Assembly: GCA_965214095.1 (NCBI GenBank)
Contig: OZ243938.1
Coordinates: 832,001-896,000 of the forward strand
Origin: Candidatus Poribacteria bacterium
GTDB taxonomy: Bacteria > Poribacteria > WGA-4E > WGA-3G
Length of the DNA: 64,000 nt
Reading direction: 5' to 3'
The translations under genes and the position numbers were made by a program. The notes beneath the pieces were generated by a model. That model was not told the DNA's origin. It saw nothing but the letters and a program-made list of their open reading frames with translations, and did not search any database. Shown here one piece after another: positions 30,914-41,553 of the stretch (positions within the stretch are counted from its first letter, which is position 1; each line of letters begins with the position of its first letter).

Positions 30914-32089
30914 ATGAAACGAATTGCAGTTATAACAACAATCTATCGTTACCTAACGCATGCACAACATATTGGCGATAGGTTTCTCGTCGGATATCCA
31001 AAAGAAGGAAAATGGCATCATCCTAATATGAAAGTCGTTTCTCTATATGTTGATCAAAAACCTGAAGGTGAACAAAGTCAAGACCGCGCAAGAGAATTCG
31101 GTTTTTCTGTCTATCCTACTATATCCGAAGCCCTTCGATGTGGTGGTGACAAACTTGCTGTGGATGCAGTTCTATTGATTGGTGAACATGGACAATACCC
31201 TAATAATGAATTGAGTCAAGTTTTATATCCTCGTTATGAATTTTTCAAAGAATGTGTGAAAGTATTTGAAGAGGATGGTCGTGCAGTTCCCATATTCAAC
31301 GACAAACATCTATCCTATAGTTTTGAAAAAGCAAAAGAGATGGTGGATGATGGACACCGACTCGGTTTTGGACTACTTGCAGGTTCATCATTACCTGTCA
31401 CTTGGCGATTGCCTGATGTAGAATTAACGTTGGAATGTGACCTTGAAGATGCACTCATGGTTGGTGTTGGTGGCTCAGACCCTATGGATTACCATGCGTT
31501 AGAAGCCATGCAATGTATGGTTGAACGGCGTAAAGGTGGTGAAACAGGTGTTGCTGCAGTGCAACTGATAGATGGTCAGGAGGTATGGCAAGCTGGTGAA
31601 GATGGACGTTGGTCCTTGGAATTACTTGAGGCTGCACTCTCTCGTAGTGATACGCCGTGCGGGTTAACTGATGAAGATGGTAGAACACAAAATCTTATCG
31701 GTACAGGTGAACTTCACAGACTCGTTGACAATCCATCTGCCTATTTTATTGAATACAACGATGGTTTTAGGGCAACACTACTGATGCTTAACGGTGCTGT
31801 CCGTGATTACTGTTTTGCGGGGAAACTTAAGGATGAATCCATACCCGTATCCACACAATTCTTCTTAACACCTGTACCGAATGTAACCTATTCTGCATGC
31901 CTTGTCGCCAAAATTGAAGAACTTTTTGAGACAGGTGTTGCACCCTATCCTGCAGAACGAACCTTGTTGGTGAGTGGAACTTTGGAAAGTTGTTTGATCT
32001 CACGTCATCAAGGTAATGTTCGCTTAGAAACACCTCATCTAAATGTCCAATATCAAGCACCAACAGAGTCGCAGCACGCACATAAATAA
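30914..32089 (+). CDS. Conserved hypothetical protein, paralogue of upstream gene
   Basis: Same motifs: LAVDAVLLIGEHG, IFNDKHLS, AGSSLPVTWR, QCMVERRKGGE.GV, PYP.ERTLL. Confidence 0.65.
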   Translation: MKRIAVITTIYRYLTHAQHIGDRFLVGYPKEGKWHHPNMKVVSLYVDQKPEGEQSQDRAREFGFSVYPTISEALRCGGDKLAVDAVLLIGEHGQYPNNELSQVLYPRYEFFKECVKVFEEDGRAVPIFNDKHLSYSFEKAKEMVDDGHRLGFGLLAGSSLPVTWRLPDVELTLECDLEDALMVGVGGSDPMDYHALEAMQCMVERRKGGETGVAAVQLIDGQEVWQAGEDGRWSLELLEAALSRSDTPCGLTDEDGRTQNLIGTGELHRLVDNPSAYFIEYNDGFRATLLMLNGAVRDYCFAGKLKDESIPVSTQFFLTPVPNVTYSACLVAKIEELFETGVAPYPAERTLLVSGTLESCLISRHQGNVRLETPHLNVQYQAPTESQHAHK

Positions 32090-32129
32090 ACTCACACATT
32101 AGAGGGTAGATTCACCATTCTAACCATTA

Positions 32130-32426
32130 CTATAGTTTGGACAGTTTCTTGAGGACTTGAACAGTGCTCTGGACAAGGAGCAGCACAGTCATCATACCTA
32201 TTTCTTCAATAATACACCTCATGCAGCATGCCACACGCGCATGCTGCCCCGCTGGGGCTTGGATTGGTCGGGACATATTTTTCTATACACATTCCGCCCC
32301 GCTGGGGCTGCTCATTTTGATGTTTTCACACTTTTTCATCAAAGTATTATCCTATCCAAAACTCACAATATATTGCAAATGCCAGCAATATCAGTATGTA
32401 ACCAAGAGAAATTGTCCAAACTATAG
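32130..32426. mobile_element. MITE (297 bp), family 1
   Basis: 20-bp TIRs CTATAGTTTGGACA(G/A)TTTCT with 1 mismatch; perfect 9-bp TSD TAACCATTA at 32121-32129 and 32427-32435; two internal GCCCCGCTGGGGC palindromes. Confidence 0.88.
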
Positions 32427-32452
32427 TAACCATTACATAAATGAAATTAACT

Positions 32453-32641
32453 GAGGGGTGTGTATAAATATATTATGTGCCAACATTGGCTGCGTCTCTC
32501 ATCAAGTATTTTTTATATGGAATTGTCCCCGTTGTGGTAGTATAATCTATTGAGATGCTTTGATCTTGTGGACGGCACGCGGAGCGTGCCTACTACTTTT
32601 AAGACTATATTTGAGATTCCTTTTCTTTATGCACACTCCTC
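32453..32641. mobile_element. MITE (189 bp), family 2, IS256-like ends
   Basis: TIRs GAGGGGTGTGTATAAA / TTTATGCACACTCCTC; close copy at 61793-61982; TSD degenerate here. Confidence 0.8.
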
Positions 32642-32704
32642 AGTTATTTTATATACGACTCCATTAAATTCTATTTACCACACAAACTATACCGAAATAA
32701 TCCA

Positions 32705-32733
32705 TTGACGAATTCAATTAGTTATGATAAGGT
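32705..32733 (+). promoter_or_regulatory. Putative sigma70 promoter for the dehydrogenase gene
   Basis: TTGACG-N17-TAAGGT with TGn extension; pattern match only. Confidence 0.4.
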
Positions 32734-32820
32734 GTTGATATATTATTCAAGGAGGAATGCCTTTATCTCTAAATGAAATCCACTTTCTCAATAATTAGAG
32801 AATATGGCACAGAGACAAAT

Positions 32821-33837
32821 ATGAAAGTAGCAGCAATGTTTGGTGATGGAAAAGGTGGCGTAGTTGATAAACCTGATCCAAAAGCAGGTGGAGATGTTGT
32901 CGTTGTAAAAATCCGTGCTGTTCCGATGTGTACAGAGTACAAGGGATTTAAATCTGGCGGGACAGGAGAACGTTTCGGACACGAAGCAGCAGGAGAGGTC
33001 GTTGAAGTTGCACAACCTGGACGCGTAAAGGTTGGGGATCGCGTCGTCGTTCAACCACAAAACTCATGTGGTAAGTGTAATATGTGCGTAATTGGTGAAC
33101 ATATACATTGCACAGGTGGCCGTAACATTCGTGAAATGGTTGGATCGGATGTAGCGGGTGCAACTTATGCACAATATATGCATAAAATGGAGGACCTTCT
33201 TTTCCCCATTCCTGATGATATGAGTTTTGCTCACGGGGGTATGGCATGTTGTGGACTTGGACCCACGTTTGGTGCAATGGAACAGATGGAAGTTGATGCG
33301 TTGGATACTGTGATGGTAACAGGATTGGGGCCTGTGGGTCTTGGTGGCATTATCAATGCGAGTTATCGTGGCGCACGTGTGTTTGGAGTAGAAAGTCATC
33401 CCTATCGTGCAGAACTTGCTAAAAAGTTGGGTGCTGAAGTAGTTCTAAATCCGAATGATGAAGATATACTTGATCAAATCCGTGAGTTGACAGGTGGGAA
33501 CGGGATTGACAAGGCTGTTGATTGCTCAGGAGCATCTGCAGCACATAGGTTGATGGTGGATGCCGCGCGTAGAAAAGGACAAGTCACCTTCGTTGGTGAA
33601 GGTGGAGAATTTCCACTTGCAGCAAGCCGGGATATGATTCGTAAAGGTCTGGTTTTACGTGGGAATTGGCACTATAACCTTGGATTCTATCCAAAACTTA
33701 TGAAGGTTATCAAGGAATCTAAAGATAAAATAGATACCTACATCACGCACACATTCCCGATGAGTGAAGTTCAAAAGGCTTGGGAATTACAAGCTACAGG
33801 TGAATGTGGTAAGGTTATTTTGGATCCCTGGGAATAG
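32821..33837 (+). CDS. Zinc-binding (MDR family) dehydrogenase
   Basis: GHEAAGEV, CGKCNMC...C, GLGPVG; start MKVAAM preferred over 32773. Confidence 0.88.
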   Translation: MKVAAMFGDGKGGVVDKPDPKAGGDVVVVKIRAVPMCTEYKGFKSGGTGERFGHEAAGEVVEVAQPGRVKVGDRVVVQPQNSCGKCNMCVIGEHIHCTGGRNIREMVGSDVAGATYAQYMHKMEDLLFPIPDDMSFAHGGMACCGLGPTFGAMEQMEVDALDTVMVTGLGPVGLGGIINASYRGARVFGVESHPYRAELAKKLGAEVVLNPNDEDILDQIRELTGGNGIDKAVDCSGASAAHRLMVDAARRKGQVTFVGEGGEFPLAASRDMIRKGLVLRGNWHYNLGFYPKLMKVIKESKDKIDTYITHTFPMSEVQKAWELQATGECGKVILDPWE

Positions 33838-33853
33838 CAAATACTTCAAAATG

Positions 33854-33882
33854 TGCGGGCGCGGTAGAGAACCGCGCCCGCA
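33854..33882. terminator. GC-rich hairpin between convergent genes (terminator or REP-like)
   Basis: Perfect 12-bp stem TGCGGGCGCGGT-agaga-ACCGCGCCCGCA, A-rich on the right side. Confidence 0.6.
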
Positions 33883-33948
33883 ATAATAAACAGAGTCAAA
33901 CGGAAACAATTAGACAATGGCACCGCCACTGTATTAGCATCCGCAGCC

Positions 33949-34431
33949 TCAGCCACCTGACTGTTTCACAGGTTCTCGGATTTCTGGTTCAGGAGGCGCG
34001 CCTTTACCTTCAATATCTCCGATACAAAGGGCATATCCACCTTCACCGAACCATGAACCCAGTGTTACATGATAATCATCTATTTCGTCGTGTGGCAAAA
34101 AATCTGCGCGTTTTGTATGATCATGTCGCGCAAAGAAATAGTGACGATTCCCACGCCAATGCAGTTCACCATTCATTGATATACGATAAGATGTATTTGG
34201 TATCGGATCCATATCTTCAGGATTGACATATTCAAGCGGAATCTTCAGTGCCTCTATGAAGTCTACTAATGAACCGCCTGCTTCTTGGTAGGCGACAATG
34301 TCGTTCCAATCAGCAAGTCGAACACCTTCCCCCAATTGCTTCTTACACTCAACTTTAAGGTCTCCTGTTTCGTCCAGATTATGTTTAATGACATGGAACT
34401 GTTTGTAACTCGCAGCGATTTGTTTTTTCAT
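33949..34431 (-). CDS. Hypothetical protein
   Basis: 160-aa ORF with AAGGAG RBS; no family recognised. Confidence 0.7.
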   Translation of the reverse strand: MKKQIAASYKQFHVIKHNLDETGDLKVECKKQLGEGVRLADWNDIVAYQEAGGSLVDFIEALKIPLEYVNPEDMDPIPNTSYRISMNGELHWRGNRHYFFARHDHTKRADFLPHDEIDDYHVTLGSWFGEGGYALCIGDIEGKGAPPEPEIREPVKQSGG

Positions 34432-34603
34432 GATTGAAACTCCTTATTTTGATTGATGTGGTGTTTAGAATCCTACTATGGTAATAGGATAATTTTTGAA
34501 AATAGGCAAAGATTCACCTATACACGTTTATGGATGCACTTTTTTCAGTACATATCAACACCGTCATATTTTAGTGAAATGTAAAAATATATGCACATTC
34601 TCT

Positions 34604-34772
34604 GGTAGATGCGGTTTCCTAACCGCATTTATGAGACTGAACAAACACCGGTTCGGTTAGGAAACCGAACCTACCTTAGTGTGTAAATAATTATGGTTTT
34701 TACTATATGGTGAAGCATAGAAGTATATCTACACTTTCTATCAACGGTAGGCGAGGTTTCCTAACCTCGCCG
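34604..34772. repeat. Cluster of three GTAG-type REP palindromes
   Basis: GTAGATGCGGTTTCCTAACCGCAT, GGTTCGGTTAGGAAACCGAACCTAC, GTAGGCGAGGTTTCCTAACCTCGCC; same GGTTTCCTAACC core, also at 51797-51818. Confidence 0.75.
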
Positions 34773-34847
34773 ATGCAGAGTGTTCAAGTAATTTCAAAAT
34801 AAACTATAACAACAAAAATATTGGAATTATATCAAACGTGAATGAAT

Positions 34848-36413
34848 TTACTGTATACGGAAGGAAAATAGTCGCGAATGATTCAATTTGAAACGGAATC
34901 GCAACGGTTGTTTCGCATTTACTAACTGAACTGATTTCCATTTTACCTGATGATGTATACAATCTTCTGTCAAAGGAATACAATCGTCAAGTGAAAAACC
35001 GGGTTGAACTTGTCCATCAGCAGTTAACACCTCAACGCTAATCTGACCAGCACTTGCATCAGCATTGATTTCAAGTGTGCCGTTGTGAATTTGTAGGGGA
35101 ACAGTTTCAACAATACCTTCCTCTGCATCAAGAGATACAAACCCATCTAATCTCCATTTAGCAAGTCCAATTGCCTTGTGTCTATCCTTCATTTCAGCAC
35201 CGTGTGTATGCTCTGTACCAGTATAATACCAATGGATTTCATCATCCTTGATGATGGGTTGGGTATTTGTTCCCATAATCATACCGGTGTCATAAGTGCC
35301 AGGTTCACCTCTTGGAATAATAGGTGTTCGATCAGAATCTATGTAATCCCAGTTGAATCCATCTCTACTATATACAAGCTGTGCATCAATCGGTCCATCA
35401 ACAGGTATCTCATGCTCCGCTGCACCCGGTCCAGTTACATACAACACACCCGCAATTCCTATGTATATATTATGATAAAGGAAGCCAGACATATTGTGTA
35501 TTTCAGCGCGATCTGCGCCGTATCTTTCGATTCCAACTTCATCGTCCTGTTCCGTTGCCCTGAACATCGGTTCAAGTGGTTCCCAAGGTCCTTCTAACTT
35601 CGGACTTTCTGTGTATTCAATCATGCGGCGTGCATCTTTATCCTTATCACGTGTAAGTGCATAGGCACGAAACAGAGATGTTTTGTTATCATAGATAACA
35701 TTGAAACATCCTTCGTTGTTCCGTTCAGCAACAGGTTCCAGATAATCAGAGTCGTCCCATCGTATTCCATCAGGAGAAGTGAGAAAGAACACATTACGAT
35801 AACGTCTACAAAACCCGATTATTTTATACCGTTTCTGTGAATCCGATTCGTCATCATCACGGAAGACATTTGCCCCGTGCAAATCCCATACGATATTATT
35901 GTTAGGATTACCGTTGAATTCAAAGATACCCAGATTTGGTTTTGTCCATGTTAGTCCATCAACACTTTCTGCATAACATGTGAGGTCTCCACGATCATTC
36001 TCAACAAACTTGCGTCCGTATTTATCTTGTGTTTTACCTCTATATGTTGATGGATTTCTATCAGGGCGTGGAACATAGAGTCCTGGAATCTCGTTTGCTT
36101 TGAATCGCCAATGGGGTCCCATACGACACATATACCACATACGGTATTTACCATAAGCAGCATCATACATCGTGGTACCATAGAGATGCACACGTCTGGA
36201 TTGATCTGGTCCACCGTGTTCCCAAGGATTGTTGGGGTCAGGTTCAAGAACCGGGACTTCATGCTTCACACATGGATGAAGAACTCGTTTCACACCTTGT
36301 TTAGAAGCGATTAGTGCATCATCTATAAAAAGGTGTGTTCCAGAGTTAAGTATATGAAAGTTGGTGATACTCACTACGAAGACCAAAGCCGTGTGCTTCT
36401 TTGAAACACACAA
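34848..36413 (-). CDS. Putative glycoside hydrolase-like five-bladed beta-propeller protein
   Basis: HLFIDD, YRMWY, CYAES.DGLTW.KP.LG, S.DG..W (Asp-box-like) repeats, RLDGFVSL C-terminal beta-sandwich; start uncertain (alternative GTG at 36374). Confidence 0.65.
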   Translation of the reverse strand: MCVSKKHTALVFVVSITNFHILNSGTHLFIDDALIASKQGVKRVLHPCVKHEVPVLEPDPNNPWEHGGPDQSRRVHLYGTTMYDAAYGKYRMWYMCRMGPHWRFKANEIPGLYVPRPDRNPSTYRGKTQDKYGRKFVENDRGDLTCYAESVDGLTWTKPNLGIFEFNGNPNNNIVWDLHGANVFRDDDESDSQKRYKIIGFCRRYRNVFFLTSPDGIRWDDSDYLEPVAERNNEGCFNVIYDNKTSLFRAYALTRDKDKDARRMIEYTESPKLEGPWEPLEPMFRATEQDDEVGIERYGADRAEIHNMSGFLYHNIYIGIAGVLYVTGPGAAEHEIPVDGPIDAQLVYSRDGFNWDYIDSDRTPIIPRGEPGTYDTGMIMGTNTQPIIKDDEIHWYYTGTEHTHGAEMKDRHKAIGLAKWRLDGFVSLDAEEGIVETVPLQIHNGTLEINADASAGQISVEVLTADGQVQPGFSLDDCIPLTEDCIHHQVKWKSVQLVNAKQPLRFRFKLNHSRLFSFRIQ

Positions 36414-36506
36414 CTCTCCTATGTGATTCCTGCTTCCGTCTCTCGTGCCACCTTCCTGAACCGCATAAGGTCTTAACTGGACTCCACAGGTGTAGCAGGG
36501 GTGTTG

Positions 36507-38561
36507 TTATGACAACGTATTTAGTTTTTCTCTGCCACATTCTAATGTTTTGAGTGATTTCGCACCAGTCAAATCCCAGATAACCACAGTGCTATCTCTA
36601 CAACCACTTGCAAGCGTCTGACCATCAGGAGAATATGCAACTGAATAGACAGGATCAATATGTCCGGTAAATGTCTTCAAGACCTCACCAGTGGCAACAT
36701 CCCATAAAGAAAGTTCACCCATACCGCCACTGGCAATAGTTCTACCATCAGGAGAATAAACAACAGAATATGCACCAGCATCAACATCAATAGAACGGAG
36801 CAGTTCTCCTGTTGAAACATCCCAAAAACGGATGCCTATATCACCGTTGTCACCCGTGCATGCAAGTGTCAAACCATCTGGTGAAAACGCGACAGAATCT
36901 ATACTATCATTAGGATCCGTTTCAATAGTTTTGAGGAGTTTTCCAGTGGCAACATCCCAAAACCGTATTGTGCCATCCGAACCACCACTTGCCAAGGTAG
37001 AACTATCTGGAGAAAACGCTATATCATCAACACTATCGGTATGTCCTTTGAGTTTATATATCTGTTCACCAGTCATTGGATTCCATAAACGTGTTGTATT
37101 ATCACAGGCACCACTGGCTAATGTCTTTCCATCTGGACTGAAAACTACCGTTATTACCGATTCTTTATGTCCTTCAAACGTTATGCTACTTTGCCAAGTA
37201 TCAGTCTCAAACAGATGAATTGTGTTGTCATAAGTGCCACAAGCAAGTTTTGAACCATCTGGTGAATAAGCAACAGATGCAATAGATATTTTTTTCGAAA
37301 GTGTATTAAGGAGTTTGTGTGTAGTTACATCCCAAATGCGAGCAGTATTGTCTAAACTAACCAACGTTTTCCCATCTGGTGAAAATACAACATCACCAAC
37401 AACTTCTGCATATCCAGAAAGTGAACTTACATGTTCACCAGATTTGACATTCCAAATGTTTATCTCTAAACCGCTGGAAATTACGAGTGATTTTCCGCAC
37501 GGGGAATACCTATAACTATTGACACTATGCCTATCAGGTGTTTTGAATGTATGAAGGAACGTTTCACTTTCGGTATCCAATAAGTGTATAGTATCTCTGT
37601 CATCATAACAAGCAATTGTCCTATTATTAGGAGAATAAAAAACAGAGCCTAACTTTGTATCAGGGTTTGTTCCACACTGGCAACCACGGAGAGGATAGGT
37701 GGTCGCGACAGCATCTAACTTCATTCCAAGGTTAATTGTCCTTACGACATCACCCGTCTGTGAATTACATAACTGAATGGTACCGCAGGAACTCGCGACT
37801 GCAATAGTGCTACCGTCATCCGAAATGTCACAAGAATACTTTGTATTGTCACTAATTTCCTGTATTAATTCACCAGAATTGGCATTCCAGATACAAACTT
37901 TATTGTCCGATCCTTGACTGAAAATCGTATTTCCATCATGAGAGAACTCCACTGAATCCACAGAACTAACGTGGGCAGCAAATGTTAACACAGGATTACC
38001 AGTTTGCACATCATAAACACGGATAACCTCCTCATTACCACCACTGGCAAGTTTACTGCCATCCGGACTATAGGTTAACGTATTCACTTGGTCCTTATGT
38101 TCATCTAAAGTTCTTTTCAGTTCACCAGTTGCAACATCCCATAATCTGATAGTTTGATCTTTTCCTGCACTTGCAAGGGTATCGCCATTTGGATTGAAAA
38201 CCATGGAATAGATGTCGTCAGTATGTTCAGTGAGGATAGACTTAGAATCACCCGTTGCAACATCCCACAAACGGATAGTATAGTCACCCCAACTACTGAT
38301 ACTAGCAAGTGTCTTACCATCAGGACTGAATTCAACACCACTGACATAATACGTATGTCCTGTCAAAAGATTGTGTTCTTCCCATGTCTGCGTATCGTAT
38401 ATCCAGATGCCGATTGTGCTTGCAACGGCAAGTTTAGAACCATCAGGAGCAAATTGCATATCAAACGCATAGCCTTTACCGAACCTTGCTATAGCACCTT
38501 CTGGCAGATAGTTTTCAAATTGATTTATATCAGGATATGGTTGCGTGTAATCTGATTTCAT
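36507..38561 (-). CDS. WD40 repeat protein (no signal peptide)
   Basis: LPEGAIARFGKG leader; many canonical WD40 repeats; AGGAG RBS. Confidence 0.92.
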   Translation of the reverse strand: MKSDYTQPYPDINQFENYLPEGAIARFGKGYAFDMQFAPDGSKLAVASTIGIWIYDTQTWEEHNLLTGHTYYVSGVEFSPDGKTLASISSWGDYTIRLWDVATGDSKSILTEHTDDIYSMVFNPNGDTLASAGKDQTIRLWDVATGELKRTLDEHKDQVNTLTYSPDGSKLASGGNEEVIRVYDVQTGNPVLTFAAHVSSVDSVEFSHDGNTIFSQGSDNKVCIWNANSGELIQEISDNTKYSCDISDDGSTIAVASSCGTIQLCNSQTGDVVRTINLGMKLDAVATTYPLRGCQCGTNPDTKLGSVFYSPNNRTIACYDDRDTIHLLDTESETFLHTFKTPDRHSVNSYRYSPCGKSLVISSGLEINIWNVKSGEHVSSLSGYAEVVGDVVFSPDGKTLVSLDNTARIWDVTTHKLLNTLSKKISIASVAYSPDGSKLACGTYDNTIHLFETDTWQSSITFEGHKESVITVVFSPDGKTLASGACDNTTRLWNPMTGEQIYKLKGHTDSVDDIAFSPDSSTLASGGSDGTIRFWDVATGKLLKTIETDPNDSIDSVAFSPDGLTLACTGDNGDIGIRFWDVSTGELLRSIDVDAGAYSVVYSPDGRTIASGGMGELSLWDVATGEVLKTFTGHIDPVYSVAYSPDGQTLASGCRDSTVVIWDLTGAKSLKTLECGREKLNTLS

Positions 38562-38582
38562 GGATTCTCCTACATTGTTATT

Positions 38583-39368
38583 CTATTTTCGCGGAGGTTT
38601 GACATTCATCCAATGTCCATCTTGTCTGTTATCTTCAACAAACCTTACCTTTGACCACCACGTGTTCGCACGTGTCCTGGCATGCCCACGATCAAAGTTA
38701 ATCCCGATATTTATAGGTTTATCTGTATCCGGATAATCCAGCATCGTCCATGGAATTTCCATCTCAACAATCCACCCATCATCAACGATGCTTGCAGCGA
38801 CATCCCACATATCCGATAGTTCTTCAGGCGTTGCAAATGGTGGTGGGTGACTAACCCATTTGCTACCAAGCGGATTTGCCATAAAGAAAATGCGATCCAT
38901 AAATTGATGTGTATGGAAAGGATCTATCGTAAACGATACCCAATCCTCACCCGATGGACGAATCTGATCCATTGCCTGAATTCCAACAATTCCATCAGGA
39001 ACACTATCAAATAGATACCAAGCAAGATAAATTGCTTCATCAGAATATACCAACATAATTGTTGTTTGATCTTGTGCCTGGATATTCCCAGCATTTCTGT
39101 CAAAGAAATCCGTGCCTTGAGGTGCATTGCGCCAAGCTTCATCGGTAAGTTTCCCATCAATCACTGGTGGAGTGTCTATCTTCACTCCAGGAAGCCTTTT
39201 GCCATCACCCAGATCCACTTCACCATCCTGCTTTGGCACATTGTCCAATAATTCTCCAAGTTCTTTTGGTTTCTTTAATCCAAATAATTCACATCCTGTC
39301 ATAAAAAGTAAAATACACATCAAATTGATAGAAAGTGCTGTCTTCAAGAGTTTGTTCCTCCAATACAT
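38583..39368 (-). CDS. Lipoprotein with CBM9-like sugar-binding domain
   Basis: Lipobox FMTGC; PPVIDGKLTDEAW, YSDEAIYL, DWVSFTIDP, GWIVEMEIPW..L, IGINF. Confidence 0.78.
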   Translation of the reverse strand: MYWRNKLLKTALSINLMCILLFMTGCELFGLKKPKELGELLDNVPKQDGEVDLGDGKRLPGVKIDTPPVIDGKLTDEAWRNAPQGTDFFDRNAGNIQAQDQTTIMLVYSDEAIYLAWYLFDSVPDGIVGIQAMDQIRPSGEDWVSFTIDPFHTHQFMDRIFFMANPLGSKWVSHPPPFATPEELSDMWDVAASIVDDGWIVEMEIPWTMLDYPDTDKPINIGINFDRGHARTRANTWWSKVRFVEDNRQDGHWMNVKPPRK

Positions 39369-39558
39369 GTATATTGTGTTCGTAGTCGTGCAATTTATTG
39401 TGCCTCTTTTTTTTAAAATTCAAATGGGTAAATCATTTATAGAATTGGTAGACATTTGCAGTAATTAATACTCTCAGTATACCACAATTACATTGACAGA
39501 TGCACTTTTCTCCACTTTGTATAACTTTGTATAAAAGGCACTTCGTATATTGATATGC

Positions 39559-41508
39559 CTAAAGCTTACTTACATCCCACAAAAGGACAGTCCCATCAGA
39601 ACTCACACTTGCAACCGTTTCCCCATCAGGCGTAAACGCAACATCATTGATAATCTGTGTATGTCCAGTAAACTTCTGTAGGAGTTCTCCAGATTGTGCA
39701 TCCCAAATGTGTACAACTTTTTTATTCTCAGAACTATTCGCCAGTAATCTACCATCAGGAGAACATGCAAGATGCGTTACAACTCCCGCATCTGATATCA
39801 ATGGACGTGTCAACTCACCTGTGGCAACATCCCAAAAACGGAGTGTTTCATCTGCACTACCACTTACAACCGTTTTCCCATCAGAAGAAAACACAACGTT
39901 ATTAACTTCCTTTTCATGTCCCGTTAACGTTGTAAGGAGAGTCTGACCGTCCACATCCCATATCATGATTGTCTTGTCATTGCTTCCACTTGCGAGCGTT
40001 TTTCCATCAGGTGAAAAAGCAACGGAATTGACTTCATCCGTATGTTCACTGAAAGTCATCAAGCAATCTCCAATGAGATAAAGTTGTCCCTTACAAATCT
40101 CCCATAAACAAACCTGATTGTCTGTGTCGCTAGTCGCCAGTATGTTACCATCGGACGAGAAACAAACAGAAGTGAGTTTTTCTTTATCACTATTAACACT
40201 ATAAAAATCCTTCTCATGATTTCCTATAAAACTACCAAGGAACCTTCCTGTTTGTCCATTCCACAAACGCGCTTTCATTGATGTGCCTACTGTAGCAAAG
40301 ATTTTCCCATCAGGAGAATATTCTATGTCAACAACATTACATCGCGGTTCAGTAGTTGTTTTAAGATGTTCGTAGGTGTGTGGATTCCAGAATAAGACTT
40401 CGGTATTTGCACCACATGTAAGGTTATTGCCATCAGGTGAAAAAGCAGCTGAGAAGATTGATGCATCTAAATGTCCTTTGATTGTGTTTTGAAGTTTTCG
40501 CGTAGAAGTATCCCATATTTGTATTGTTCCATCGTCAATACCAATAACTATTGTGTTACCATCTGGAGCATAAGCCACAGAATTAATCGGTTCACCATGT
40601 GCCATGCTGAATAATTGATCTAACGTATTAACATCCCAAAGACTCACATATTCCCAAGTACCACCAGTAACGAGTCTACTGCCATCGGGTGAAAACGCAA
40701 TATACTCATAACTCACATCCTGCTTTTCAGGACTTCTGAGATGCTTACCTGTGTTAACATCCCAAAATTGTAGAGGGTGCATATTGTTTCCAACGACAGC
40801 AAGTATTTTATTATCTGGAGAAAACGCAGCCTCAGTAATATTTGTTTCTATCAATATATCTCTTATCGGTTCACCTGTTCCTGTATCCCAATATTCAATA
40901 TATGAATATGATGTGTTGCTATCACAATATCCAACATTGATAAGTATGTCTTCATCAGGAGGAGCAAATACCATTGCGGATATTTCTGTATTATCAGTTT
41001 GACTAATTGTTCTTTTTAGTTTTCCAGTTCTTGTTTCCCATATCCTTATATTCCAGTGCTCACTTGTAGATGCGATTGTCTCACCGGAAGGACTAAATGC
41101 CAATAAGTTGAGATTTCTTTTACATCCAACACATCTCATCCTGATTTTACGTGTTTCAGTGTCCCAGATAATGATAATATTATCCTCACATCCCGAGGCT
41201 AATGTCTGTCCATCCGAACTAAATGCGATTGATGTAACAGGTGCGTCATGACCTGTGAGTAAGTCTATCGCTTGTAATGTATCAGCGTTATATAGCCAGA
41301 TGCCTATGGACGTTGCTACTGCAAGATACTTACCATCAGGGGAATATTTTATTTGGTTTATTCTACCCTTTCCCATACGAGCTTTTGCCCTCTCTGGTAA
41401 TCCTAATTGATTATGTATTTGAGAAAATGCTGTTATTGAGTAAAAAGTGAAAAAGAAGACAATAGAAATCAATGGTAATGTATTTAGTATAAGATTTAAT
41501 GAATTCAT
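39559..41508 (-). CDS. WD40 protein, array type A4 (signal peptide; C-terminus shared with A1-A3)
   Basis: Signal peptide ..TAFSQ; LPERAKARMGKG leader; WD40 repeats. Confidence 0.9.
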   Translation of the reverse strand: MNSLNLILNTLPLISIVFFFTFYSITAFSQIHNQLGLPERAKARMGKGRINQIKYSPDGKYLAVATSIGIWLYNADTLQAIDLLTGHDAPVTSIAFSSDGQTLASGCEDNIIIIWDTETRKIRMRCVGCKRNLNLLAFSPSGETIASTSEHWNIRIWETRTGKLKRTISQTDNTEISAMVFAPPDEDILINVGYCDSNTSYSYIEYWDTGTGEPIRDILIETNITEAAFSPDNKILAVVGNNMHPLQFWDVNTGKHLRSPEKQDVSYEYIAFSPDGSRLVTGGTWEYVSLWDVNTLDQLFSMAHGEPINSVAYAPDGNTIVIGIDDGTIQIWDTSTRKLQNTIKGHLDASIFSAAFSPDGNNLTCGANTEVLFWNPHTYEHLKTTTEPRCNVVDIEYSPDGKIFATVGTSMKARLWNGQTGRFLGSFIGNHEKDFYSVNSDKEKLTSVCFSSDGNILATSDTDNQVCLWEICKGQLYLIGDCLMTFSEHTDEVNSVAFSPDGKTLASGSNDKTIMIWDVDGQTLLTTLTGHEKEVNNVVFSSDGKTVVSGSADETLRFWDVATGELTRPLISDAGVVTHLACSPDGRLLANSSENKKVVHIWDAQSGELLQKFTGHTQIINDVAFTPDGETVASVSSDGTVLLWDVSKL

Positions 41509-41553
41509 TTCAATGTCGGCTCCTTAGGGTTTGTGCTGCCTTAGAGTATGAAA

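Noticed and set aside
32157-32454. ORFs of 89 and 96 aa
   Set aside because: They lie within the MITE and have no transposase or other recognisable motifs.
39493-39535. Plus-strand TTGACA...TATAAC promoter in the duplicated intergenic segment
   Set aside because: The spacer is 21 bp and the orientation is antisense. A minus-strand TGnTATACT nearby is more plausible but unverified.
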